A stretch of 64,000 bases of DNA. Source: a virus (Duplodnaviria > Heunggongvirae > Uroviricota > Caudoviricetes). The number at the start of each line of letters is the position of its first letter. Position 1 is the first letter of the stretch. The translations under genes and the position numbers were made by a program. The notes under the pieces were generated by a model. The model worked only from the letters and a program-made list of their open reading frames with translations. It did not search any database and was not told where the DNA came from. The DNA lies in IMG/VR virus record IMGVR_UViG_3300038393_000804, positions 83,598 to 147,597 of that record; one strand, 5' to 3'. Shown here piece after piece: positions 46,140 to 55,019 of this stretch.

Positions 46140-46151
46140 GGGAGTGGTTAA

Positions 46152-46556
46152 GTGAGAGACGCAACACAGGACAAGCTGATTAATTATCTGATGGACAGAA
46201 CAGATAGAATTGGTGATGTCGTTAAGGAAGTAGCAAAACAATTAGGTGTAGCAGCCGAGCATGTTTACATAGCGGTTGTTCAAAAAGAAATGATGTATGG
46301 AGTAGCGGAGCTGGTAGTAACAGTTCCGTTATTGTTTGTGTTTCTATGGGCTGCAAGACACTTTCTCAAGCGAGAAAAAGAAGAGTTCAAAGGCGGCTAT
46401 TATGGCGGCTTCGGCTATTTCATTTCTTTTCTTATGTTAGCTTTGATGATTATTGATTTAGTAGTATTAGCAAACGGTATTATGCATGTCTTTGCTCCTG
46501 AGTACTATGCACTAAAAGATATCATGGAATTAATCAAGGGTAATACAAATGATTGA
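46152..46556 (+). CDS. membrane protein, 134 aa (GTG start)
   Basis: TTAGGGGAGTGG RBS; two TM helices. Confidence 0.5.
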   Translation: MRDATQDKLINYLMDRTDRIGDVVKEVAKQLGVAAEHVYIAVVQKEMMYGVAELVVTVPLLFVFLWAARHFLKREKEEFKGGYYGGFGYFISFLMLALMIIDLVVLANGIMHVFAPEYYALKDIMELIKGNTND

Positions 46557-46634
46557 TTTTATCTTTATGTGTATTGATATTGTTACAGCCATTGGAGAGT
46601 GGCTATTAAAACCATTGAAAAGGGGAAACAACAA

Positions 46635-46811
46635 ATGACAACTTTAAAAGAAATCAGTGTGGAACGCGCAGCATTATTAGCAGCAGCAGGTGAACTTGAT
46701 AAGCTTTTCTTTGAGAATGCTACAAATGGGGATTTGCATTGTGTAAATCATACTGGTGTTAAGCTAGTTAATCTTCGTGAGAAAAAATGGTTCGAAAAAT
46801 CAAATGATTAA
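46635..46811 (+). CDS. hypothetical small protein, about 58 aa
   Basis: AAAGGGGAAAC RBS. Confidence 0.4.
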   Translation: MTTLKEISVERAALLAAAGELDKLFFENATNGDLHCVNHTGVKLVNLREKKWFEKSND

Positions 46812-46962
46812 TTGTGCTTGTTGTAGTAATACCCGAAAGGTCATGTACGAGGGCGAAGAAATCATTTGCCCCGTATGTGAGGATTATGTAGAAGATAAAA
46901 CTAAAATAGATACCATAGGGAGAGATGGCAATGTTAGCGACAGGAATCATCAGAAAGATTGA
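46804..46962 (+). CDS. small zinc-ribbon protein, 52 aa (CACC...CPVC)
   Basis: Overlapping ATGATTAA coupling; Cys pairs. Confidence 0.4.
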   Translation: MINCACCSNTRKVMYEGEEIICPVCEDYVEDKTKIDTIGRDGNVSDRNHQKD

Positions 46963-47179
46963 TAGCTTAGGACGTATCGTAATACCAAAAGAAATGCGTA
47001 GAGCAATGGGTTGCGAGGATGACCAAGCAATGGAATTCTTTAAAGATGGGGAAAACATTGTTCTTCGCAAGTACAATCCAGGTTGTGCAGAATGCGGTAC
47101 AGTAGTAGCTATTCATGAATTACATGGCAAGACAGGTATTTGCCCAACATGCATTGCAAAATTAGTAGAGTCACTTTAG
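46931..47179 (+). CDS. AbrB/SpoVT-N (swapped-hairpin) domain protein with a C-terminal CxxC...CxxC zinc ribbon
   Basis: TGIIRKIDSLGRIVIPKEMRRAMG closely matches the AbrB N-domain TGIVRKVDELGRVVIPIELRRTLG. C-terminus is CAEC...CPTC. Confidence 0.7.
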   Translation: MLATGIIRKIDSLGRIVIPKEMRRAMGCEDDQAMEFFKDGENIVLRKYNPGCAECGTVVAIHELHGKTGICPTCIAKLVESL

Positions 47180-47191
47180 GAGGATGATTGG

Positions 47192-47488
47192 ATGCTAGAA
47201 AAAATTAAGCAAATCAAAGATGCACTACCATTGCAATTTAAAGATACACCGCACTTCGCTCATCATGTTATTACAAAGATTGATGAATTTGAAGAGCAGG
47301 AGCGCAGGCTATCGGCATCCAATGCATTAGCTGGCATCAAACAAAACCCTGTTGAAGAATCAGTAAGAAGGGAAACACTAAGAGTTGTGAGAGCTATCAT
47401 CATGAAGGAACTTGCGGACACTGTCGAAGATATGCTTCATTTAGGTGATAAGTATCATGAGGTCAAACATAAGGATGGGATTCGATGA
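47192..47488 (+). CDS. hypothetical protein, 98 aa
   Basis: TTAGGAGGATGATTGG RBS. Confidence 0.5.
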   Translation: MLEKIKQIKDALPLQFKDTPHFAHHVITKIDEFEEQERRLSASNALAGIKQNPVEESVRRETLRVVRAIIMKELADTVEDMLHLGDKYHEVKHKDGIR

Positions 47489-48225
47489 AGAAGCATGACA
47501 GACATGTTGTTGCTATGATAAATGGCGGCAGTCATATGCGTAATTTAAATGATGAACAATCAGATGTGGATTTGAAATACTTTGTTCTTCCAACCTTTGA
47601 TGATTTATATGAAGGCAAGAAGCATGCAAAGCAAACAACTTCGGATGAAGTGGATGAAGATGTTCAGGATGTAAGACGGCTTGAGACTTTATTGTTCAAA
47701 GCGAATCCTGCTTATCTTGATTTATTATTTAGCCCAGGCATTGAAACATTCGGATGCCAGAAGATGGATGAAATCATTGCGATGAGAGATGACATAGCCA
47801 ATATGAATCTCTCCAATCTTTACAGTGCTACGATGGGTACGGTTCAGCGGAACATCAATGACCTTCAGAATCCAACTTCGGAGAAGACACGGGCACTGAT
47901 TGAACGACATGCTTACAATCCAAAGAAAGCAATGTTGGCTGTTCATCTTTGCAAAGTACTGGTTAAGTTTCATGCAAATGGCTTTACGGACTACAAGAAA
48001 GCTATCTGGTATGAAGGTGAAGAACGCCAGTTCATGATAGATATCAAACGTGGTAAGTTTACATTTGATGAAATCAGAATGCTGATTAAGGATTGGGAAA
48101 CAGCAGCACAAGAATTAAAAGATGTTTACAAATCAAAAGAAATTCGTGTCGAAGTAAACAATCAGCTTCAGGAGAAGCTAAGAGATTTAATCTTTGATGC
48201 GACTTTAGATGGGTGGATAATATGA
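47485..48225 (+). CDS. Pol-beta-superfamily nucleotidyltransferase-like protein, 246 aa
   Basis: GGSHMRNLNDEQSDVDL fits GS-x9-11-DxD. Confidence 0.5.
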   Translation: MKKHDRHVVAMINGGSHMRNLNDEQSDVDLKYFVLPTFDDLYEGKKHAKQTTSDEVDEDVQDVRRLETLLFKANPAYLDLLFSPGIETFGCQKMDEIIAMRDDIANMNLSNLYSATMGTVQRNINDLQNPTSEKTRALIERHAYNPKKAMLAVHLCKVLVKFHANGFTDYKKAIWYEGEERQFMIDIKRGKFTFDEIRMLIKDWETAAQELKDVYKSKEIRVEVNNQLQEKLRDLIFDATLDGWII

Positions 48226-48452
48226 TATTTTACAATGATACAAACAAGGAGTATGTGATTCATCCAGCAACAGCGATTCATGGGATTGAATGCGATATGA
48301 GTCCCATCCCGCCACGCACAACACGTAAGTTTAAGGCTCCAAAAGGCATTGACCCATTCGTGAAAGTTTGGGAGTACGACAACAGCAATACGATTCTTGT
48401 ATCGGCAGCATTCGGTGAACCATTAGAAGAAGAAGTGGAGGAGTCAAAATGA
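48222..48452 (+). CDS. hypothetical small protein, 76 aa
   Basis: GGGTGG RBS before the ATG at 48222. Confidence 0.45.
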   Translation: MIFYNDTNKEYVIHPATAIHGIECDMSPIPPRTTRKFKAPKGIDPFVKVWEYDNSNTILVSAAFGEPLEEEVEESK

Positions 48453-49327
48453 TTTTATTAAATGGCAAAGAAGTTCCGTTCGGTAGATTTCCTAATGGCG
48501 AAACACATGTGATTACAACAATTGAAGCAACGGAGGAGCATCCAGCGCTCAATTTCTTCAAACAAAATATGGAGCAGGTAAATATCCTATCATTTAAGTA
48601 CGAAGATGATGCGGATTTAATCAAGCTGATGTTTGTTAAGAATCACATGGACTTGATTGCAACAGTTCCTTGTTATCTGCTTGTTTATTACATGCCTTAT
48701 TCACGCATGGACAGAAGCGAAGGCGGCAGCGTATTTACTTTAAAATATGTTTCTGCTTTTATTAACAGCCTTTATTTCGATAAAGTGTTTGTGATTGAAC
48801 CACATTCAGATGTAACATGTGCATTGCTTGACCGTTCAAAACCATTAATGGTAAATCAATTCTTAGTGAACTATGTTATGAATGAAATTGATTTTGATTT
48901 CGACAATGATTTCCTTGTTTATCCTGATGCTGGTGCGGAGAAACGTTACGAGAAAATGTTTGACCTTCAAGCAATCGTTGGTTTGAAACATCGTGATTTC
49001 CAAACAGGTTACATAACGAAACTTGATTTGGTTACACCAGGCATTGGTAAGAAAGCGATTATCGTTGATGACTTATCCAGTAAGGGTGGTACGTTTATCA
49101 TGGCTGCTGATGAGTTGAAGAAGCGTGGCTTTGAAGAAATCTATCTTTGTGTGGCTCACGCAGAAGACACTATCTTCAAGGGTAAAATATTTACGGAAAG
49201 TCCAATCAACAAAGTGTTTACAACCAACTCTATCTTATCTGACCAAGCTCAACATGATTGGGCAAATCAGCTATATAAAGATAAGATTGATGTGACGGAT
49301 GTCGAGGAGCTGATTGTTCTTGACTGA
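48449..49327 (+). CDS. ribose-phosphate pyrophosphokinase (PRPP synthetase, Prs) homolog; a candidate ADPR-PP synthetase (Adps) of a NARP1-type pathway
   Basis: Prs signatures RFPNGE, MPYSRMDR, IEPHSD and the PRPP-binding loop IIVDDLSSKGGT. Confidence 0.75.
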   Translation: MILLNGKEVPFGRFPNGETHVITTIEATEEHPALNFFKQNMEQVNILSFKYEDDADLIKLMFVKNHMDLIATVPCYLLVYYMPYSRMDRSEGGSVFTLKYVSAFINSLYFDKVFVIEPHSDVTCALLDRSKPLMVNQFLVNYVMNEIDFDFDNDFLVYPDAGAEKRYEKMFDLQAIVGLKHRDFQTGYITKLDLVTPGIGKKAIIVDDLSSKGGTFIMAADELKKRGFEEIYLCVAHAEDTIFKGKIFTESPINKVFTTNSILSDQAQHDWANQLYKDKIDVTDVEELIVLD

Positions 49328-49742
49328 CCCGTACCTATTGCCAGGTGCTGCAACCCTTCGTTTAATTAAGGAGTGGGAGCAGCACGGGAAGTTAATCGTT
49401 GCTTATGACTTTGATGGAACGGTTCATGACTACCACAAGGAAGGCAACAAGTACGACCAAGTCATTGAACTTCTTCGGGAGTGCAAGAAGCTTGGCTGTT
49501 ACTTGATTGTCTTTAGTACAAGTGAACCAGAACGACATGATTTCATTAAGAATTATCTTGATAGATGGGATATTCCTTATGACGCAGTCAATGAAAACAT
49601 GCCAGGTCTTCCGTTTAAAGGCGGCAAGATTTATTACAACATCCTGCTGGACGACAGAGCAGGATTAGAGTCAGCTTATTATTCATTAAAGCAAGCTAGC
49701 AGTTATATTAAATTGAAACGGGAGGAAACAAATAATGACTAA
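49314..49742 (+). CDS. HAD-superfamily phosphatase-like protein
   Basis: DxDGT motif (YDFDGTV) near the N-terminus; TTG start with GAGGAG. Confidence 0.55.
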   Translation: MFLTDPYLLPGAATLRLIKEWEQHGKLIVAYDFDGTVHDYHKEGNKYDQVIELLRECKKLGCYLIVFSTSEPERHDFIKNYLDRWDIPYDAVNENMPGLPFKGGKIYYNILLDDRAGLESAYYSLKQASSYIKLKREETNND

Positions 49743-51264
49743 AACTATTTTTCCAGCTACATTGTTGTGTGATTTTTACAAGGTGTCTCACCGTGAGCAG
49801 TATCCAAAGAAAACAAATAAGGTTTTCAGCACATGGATTGCACGAGGCAACAAGTACTTCCCGAAAGCAAAGAAAGTTGTAGCGTTTAACTTCCAAGGAT
49901 TAACCAAGAAATACTTTGTTGATTACTTCAATGAGCATTTCTTTAGCCGTCCAAAGGATGAAGTGGTATTTGAATACCAACGTGTTATCTACTTTACATT
50001 AATCAATCCTGGCAATGTTCAGGGTGTTGCAGACCCATTAATGGAAGCATCAAAGGTCGATGCGGAGCACATTGCAGCTCTTCATGATTTAGGTTATCTT
50101 CCAGTTCGTGTAAGAGCTGTGAAAGAAGGTACGTTGGTTCCAATGCGTGTTCCAATGTTGGTCATCGAAAATACAGTGGATGAATTCTACTGGGTAACAA
50201 ATTATCTTGAAACCATTATGTCAGCTGAGCTTTGGCAGCCAACAACATCTGCAACGATTGCTTACACGTACCGTCAGATTCTTGATGCGTATGCGATGGA
50301 AACAACAGGTTCTACAGCAGGTGTTGAATTCCAGGGTCATGATTTCTCTATGCGCGGTATGGCTGGCAAGGATGCGGCGGCAGCAAGTGGTGCTGGTCAC
50401 TTACTAAGTTTTGTTGGTACAGATACAATCCCAGCTATCAATTATCTTGAAGCTTATTACAATGCAAACATCGAGAAAGAATTGGTGGCAACTTCAATAC
50501 CTGCGACTGAACATTCAGTGATGTGCGCATACGGTCAAACAGATGAGTATGAATTATTCAAATCACTGATGACTGAAAAGTATCCAACAGGTTTCTTCAG
50601 CGTAGTATCTGATACTTGGGACTTCTGGAAAGTGGTTGGTGAATACTTACCGAAGCTGAAAGAAGAAATCCTTGGTCGTGATGGTCGCGTGGTTATTCGT
50701 CCTGACAGTGGTGACCCAGTTAAGATTCTTTGTGGTGACCCGAATGCAGAAGAAGAATTGGTGCGTAAAGGTTTAATTGAGAGCCTCTACGACATCATTG
50801 GCGGCACAGTAAATGATTTAGGGTACAAAGTATTAGACCCTCACATCGGAGCTATCTACGGCGATTCTATTACGCTAGAGAGAGCTGATTTGATTTGTGC
50901 TTTGTTAAAAGAAAAAGGCTTTGCTTCAACAAACGTGGTATTTGGTATCGGAAGCTTTACCTATCAGTATACAACGCGTGATACATTTGCACATGCGATG
51001 AAAGCAACCTTTGCTGAAGTGGATGGAGAAGAGCGCTTCTTATTGAAAGACCCTAAGACAGATGATGGTACAAAGAAATCATTAACTGGATTAGTGGCAG
51101 TTGTAAAAGTCGGTGGTGAATTAGTAGCCACTGATAATCTGGATACGAAAACTTATGAAGCAAACTTTGCAAACATTGACCTTCTTGAAGTTATCTTTGA
51201 GAACGGTGAAATCAAACGTGAAGAAAGCTTATCTGAAATTCGTGAAAGATTGGCGGCCCAATAA
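49735..51264 (+). CDS. nadV: nicotinamide phosphoribosyltransferase (NAMPT/NadV) family enzyme; alternatively a Namat-type nicotinamide ADPR transferase
   Basis: N-terminal DFYKVSHREQYP matches the NadV D.YK.SH..QYP signature; GGGAGGAAAC RBS. Confidence 0.8.
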   Translation: MTKTIFPATLLCDFYKVSHREQYPKKTNKVFSTWIARGNKYFPKAKKVVAFNFQGLTKKYFVDYFNEHFFSRPKDEVVFEYQRVIYFTLINPGNVQGVADPLMEASKVDAEHIAALHDLGYLPVRVRAVKEGTLVPMRVPMLVIENTVDEFYWVTNYLETIMSAELWQPTTSATIAYTYRQILDAYAMETTGSTAGVEFQGHDFSMRGMAGKDAAAASGAGHLLSFVGTDTIPAINYLEAYYNANIEKELVATSIPATEHSVMCAYGQTDEYELFKSLMTEKYPTGFFSVVSDTWDFWKVVGEYLPKLKEEILGRDGRVVIRPDSGDPVKILCGDPNAEEELVRKGLIESLYDIIGGTVNDLGYKVLDPHIGAIYGDSITLERADLICALLKEKGFASTNVVFGIGSFTYQYTTRDTFAHAMKATFAEVDGEERFLLKDPKTDDGTKKSLTGLVAVVKVGGELVATDNLDTKTYEANFANIDLLEVIFENGEIKREESLSEIRERLAAQ

Positions 51265-51537
51265 GATGGGTTGGTTTGATATTGAAGGCTCTGTCGGTGT
51301 CACGGTTGATGAAGAAACATTCACGAACGAATTCTTAGCATGGATGCAATCAAATGGCTGGACATTCTTAGGAGTGATTCAGCCAGCCAAACATACAAAG
51401 TAGGTGACGCTAGTGATTCGAATGAGAGAAATCGAATGTGGCAACTGCGGCTTTGATTATGATGATTGTGAAATCATTACAAACAAATGTCCAATGTGTC
51501 GTAGTGGTAAGAATCAAATTCCCAAGTAGGTGATAAA

Positions 51538-51930
51538 GTGGACGGTATTTCATTATTAAGAGAGTTTGCAAAGAAGGAAGGCATTGACTTAAAACGAGTC
51601 GATGCTTTCTTAAGGAAGTTTAACAATCCGCAAACATTGGAAGAACTAATGGAACTTCCAGATGCGATGTTGAAACACTTTGATTATATCGGTGATGTGA
51701 AAGACCCATTGTATTCTTTTATCAAAGAAGAATTTGAATTGAATCGACGCGAGGTTCTTGACCTTGAAAGAATTGCCGACAGCATACTGGATAATAAATA
51801 TTATTATGAAAGTAAGTTGGAGGAAGGCAAGATGACAGAGAATCAAGTGAGATTAAAACTTGATAAGTATGATGCGGTCATCAAGCAATTGATTGAAATC
51901 AAGTTTGGTAGTATTGAATACGACTGGTAG
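51538..51930 (+). CDS. hypothetical protein, 130 aa (GTG start)
   Basis: AGGTGATAAA RBS. Confidence 0.5.
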   Translation: MDGISLLREFAKKEGIDLKRVDAFLRKFNNPQTLEELMELPDAMLKHFDYIGDVKDPLYSFIKEEFELNRREVLDLERIADSILDNKYYYESKLEEGKMTENQVRLKLDKYDAVIKQLIEIKFGSIEYDW

Positions 51931-51936
51931 GCTTCG

Positions 51937-51960
51937 GGCGAAAGATATTCTTTCGTCTTT
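51937..51960 (+). terminator. candidate terminator (CGAAAGA-TAT-TCTTTCG plus TCTTT)
   Basis: 7-bp stem; modest T tail. Confidence 0.35.
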
Positions 51961-52170
51961 GAGGGTACGAGGCAGGTTTCCTTTTCGGTTCCTTTCCCCT
52001 GCTTCGTATTTTCAAAGATGTAAGAATGCCAAGGTTAGGGTGGACAGCACTAGTGAGTGGAAACCAATTCCTGTTTGAAACCGAAGTTCTTGCGTTCCAC
52101 ATAGATATTAAGTTAGTGATGGGATGGAAACTCATAGCGAGCCAACAAACTCTTCACACCGCGACACTGA

Positions 52171-52251
52171 ACTCTATGTGGTTCTATTTATCCTAGAGGG
52201 TATAACGAGCTTGACCAGCTCACAACTTATGTGTTGTACCTTCTAAGATAA
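52171..52251 (+). repeat. hairpin unit A (about 20-bp imperfect stem, about 34-nt loop containing a GAGCT/AGCTC sub-hairpin)
   Basis: Left GGTTCTATTTATCCTAGAGGGTA is the complement of right TACCTTCTAAGATAAATAGAAATT. Confidence 0.5.
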
Positions 52252-52412
52252 ATAGAAATTAAGATGAGTGCCGCGGCCTTCTAAGCCGCCTTGCACATCT
52301 ATTGATTCTGAAATCTGTTTATTACCATGTGTATATTAAGCTAGGGTGATGGAGCTTTGACGAAGTTTAAATGTCACGCAGCGTGGCAGCCTGTTGACGT
52401 TGAATTACACAT

Positions 52413-52509
52413 GGTTCTATTTATCTTGGAGGATGCAATGATATGACCGCGGATTATGCCCGATTGTAGGCCCCGCCTTTGCATCTTCCCAGATGAATAG
52501 AAATTAAGG
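52413..52509 (+). repeat. hairpin unit B
   Basis: Left GGTTCTATTTATCTTGGAGGA pairs with right TCTTCCCAGATGAATAGAAATT. Confidence 0.45.
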
Positions 52510-52677
52510 ACACATGGACCCCGCTAATAGCGTAAGCGGTCTACTGAAATCTGTTTATCCCACATCAATGCCAAGGATTAAATATGGGCTGCGGACTTCC
52601 TACGCCTTCGTGATTGATTCAAGGAGTGGTCAACATCGAAGGAAGGGGGATTATGGTACACCGTCCGAAGTTGATGT

Positions 52678-52831
52678 GGTTCTATTTGTCTTAGACAGTA
52701 TGATGGTAGGTAGGTTTTTTAGGTTATCTCCAACCAGTATTTTTTACTACCTAAGTGAGTTGACTTCTTGGGAGCAGCTACACTTCAGTGACGATTGACA
52801 TCGTGCTGTCTAAGATGAATAGAAATTAAGG
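52678..52831 (+). repeat. hairpin unit C (longer loop, about 107 nt)
   Basis: Left GGTTCTATTTGTCTTAGACAG pairs with right CTGTCTAAGATGAATAGAA. The two mismatches are both G-U-compatible. Confidence 0.5.
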
Positions 52832-53056
52832 TTGCCTAAGAATAGGGTTACGGCGATGACAACGCTGGTAATTAATGTCCTCATAGCGAGTAAAAGCGAG
52901 ATTCCCGCCATACCGTTTTAGGTGAAGGTCTTAGGATTAATCTGAAATCTATATGTCACATCCAGTTATTAAGCTAGTGGCAGGCTACTGCGCGAGCACG
53001 GGGCCGTGAAACGATGATGCTGAACGCTGGATGTTTTGTTTAATGAAAGGAGGTAA

Positions 53057-53836
53057 ATGATGCACCCGACTGAAGTTGAATACGAAAGACGACCTTATGA
53101 AGGTCAGATTGATGCAGGCATGAAAACATTCATGGATATAATGGATTCAGTTGCAATGGAACATGGAACACAATGGTCATTTGCAGGTGGGTTTCCTAGG
53201 GATTTATACAAGGGAAAGCACTGGAATGATTATGATGTTTGTATTCGTGATGTTCCTTATGCAAGAGACATCTTAGAAAAGACAGGAGTGTTAGCACTTG
53301 GGCAGCAGGATGGAACAGAGATTCCTCATGACATCTATTGCGACCCCTACACATTCACGAAATCAGAAATACCTGTTCATTGGATTAATGCAGATGATGA
53401 GTGGGCATTCGCTCCCGTTCGTTTTGACTTTAGTATTAATCAGATATGTTTGAAGTCAGATGGTTTTTTCTATGCTCCGAAGTATGCATGGCGTGACCTT
53501 GATAGAGGAATCATTAGAAAAACAACGGACAGGATGACAACAAACTTAGCAACACGGGCGATTCGGTTCGCTGCCAAGTATGGATTCACCATTGATACTC
53601 CATTGAATGCTGAAATAAAAGAAGCAGTTAAGGAGCCAATGGGCACAGATATTCTTCTTCGTAATTGCTTAAAGATGGTTGAAGATGAAGTTGGTGATAC
53701 ATGCTTTAAGATAATGAAGAACCGTGGATTTCCTCACATGGAAGAATGCAAAACAATGGGTGATTATATTAGAAAGTTAAACAACATGATTGTCAGTGGG
53801 CAAGGACACCGCGAAGAAAGTCCAGGCGGATATTAA
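53057..53836 (+). CDS. minimal nucleotidyltransferase resembling the head domain of CCA-adding/polyA-polymerase enzymes, 259 aa
   Basis: GGFPRDLYKGKHWNDYDVCIRD fits GGxxRD...DxD; AAAGGAGGTAA RBS. Confidence 0.55.
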   Translation: MMHPTEVEYERRPYEGQIDAGMKTFMDIMDSVAMEHGTQWSFAGGFPRDLYKGKHWNDYDVCIRDVPYARDILEKTGVLALGQQDGTEIPHDIYCDPYTFTKSEIPVHWINADDEWAFAPVRFDFSINQICLKSDGFFYAPKYAWRDLDRGIIRKTTDRMTTNLATRAIRFAAKYGFTIDTPLNAEIKEAVKEPMGTDILLRNCLKMVEDEVGDTCFKIMKNRGFPHMEECKTMGDYIRKLNNMIVSGQGHREESPGGY

Positions 53837-53849
53837 AGGAGATGATGAA

Positions 53850-54704
53850 ATGGGATTGAGTTTAACAAAAGGTTCAGAAGGAATGTTCGTTGAACTTGAG
53901 CAAGAAAATGTGGTGAAAAGATTTGTTATTCCAGCCATGGAGGAATTAGAAGGTAAGCTTCAATCATTCGTAAAGAAGCATCCAGGTCTTATCTTAGTTC
54001 GATTCGGCAAAGCCATCGTTGCATCTCAGGATGGAGCGGCAGGATTAAGAGATGGATTAGATAATGTTCCTTCGGCTGTTGTTAGTTCTTGTATGGTTGA
54101 TTTATGCGGCGGTCATCCAGTGTTAAACATTGGGCCTGCTCGGTATTCATTGGATTTGATTAAAGAAATTAATGAATGTGAAACAGAAACGGTTGCCCAG
54201 GAAGAAGTCGAGAAAGGTCAGTTAACTATTCACGATGTACCAGCTCCTGAACTTCCGAAACCTGATTTGGCTGCAAGCTTACGTGCTCAACTTCAACAGA
54301 AGAAGGAGGAGCCGAAGGTTGAAACATTGCAGGATAAGTTAAATGCAAAGCTGGCTGAACAGAAATCAAAACCAGTTGCTGAGAAGAGCGAGTTGATTCT
54401 TACTACCTCTGAAGATTTAAAACTTCTTAAACATGAAGAGCAGAAGGGGGAAACGCCAGCTCAGAAAGCAACACGCGAATACTTTGCGAATCATAAGAAC
54501 GCAGAGATAATCGTAAGAGAAGGACGTTCGCCTAGTAAGATTGATATGATTCTTATGAAACTGGACAACATTGAAGGTCTACTTGGAGGCGACCTTGAAA
54601 GTGAGATGACTGGTAAGGATTTAGCTGAATGGTTCTGGCAACACTTAGAAAACATTGGTGAAGAAAAAACATTTTCCATCTTGGCAAGTAGGCTAACTAA
54701 ATGA
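53850..54704 (+). CDS. hypothetical protein, about 284 aa
   Basis: AAAGGAGATGATGAA RBS before the ATG at 53850. Confidence 0.55.
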   Translation: MGLSLTKGSEGMFVELEQENVVKRFVIPAMEELEGKLQSFVKKHPGLILVRFGKAIVASQDGAAGLRDGLDNVPSAVVSSCMVDLCGGHPVLNIGPARYSLDLIKEINECETETVAQEEVEKGQLTIHDVPAPELPKPDLAASLRAQLQQKKEEPKVETLQDKLNAKLAEQKSKPVAEKSELILTTSEDLKLLKHEEQKGETPAQKATREYFANHKNAEIIVREGRSPSKIDMILMKLDNIEGLLGGDLESEMTGKDLAEWFWQHLENIGEEKTFSILASRLTK

Positions 54705-54841
54705 TATTATCTCCTTGCGAAGCAATGGAAAAGTTATTACTAGGTGAGAAACTAGAGTATTACGATGAAATCTGGATGACGATGGATAAAGACCAGCCGA
54801 TTCGCATACTATGGGAGTATCAAATAAGAATGAAAGAGTGA
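54701..54841 (+). CDS. hypothetical small protein, 46 aa
   Basis: Overlapping TAAATGA coupling. Confidence 0.3.
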   Translation: MILSPCEAMEKLLLGEKLEYYDEIWMTMDKDQPIRILWEYQIRMKE

Positions 54842-55019
54842 TAGATATCATTTGGAATATCGTTGCTGAAGTCATTGGAGAAATACTTGCACGATGCATT
54901 TACAAGGGTCGGGACCGATAAAGGTTCTGGCTCTTATTTATTATAGTGGCTGTCATAAGCCCTCTAACTTCGGGAGTTGGTTGGCTTAAACATTCATTAT
55001 TATGAAGGAGGTTGACACA

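Larger units (their letters stand above)
52095..53000. repeat. three tandem non-coding repeat units (about 240, 240 and 400 bp). Each has a conserved GGTTCTATTT(A/G)TC left arm, a TCTAAGAT(A/G)AATAGAAATTAAG right arm and a CTGAAATCT(G/A)T motif
   Basis: Left arms at 52171, 52413 and 52678. Right arms at 52228, 52482 and 52806. CTGAAATCT at 52308, 52545 and 52942. TTAAGCTAG at 52336 and 52967. Confidence 0.7.
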
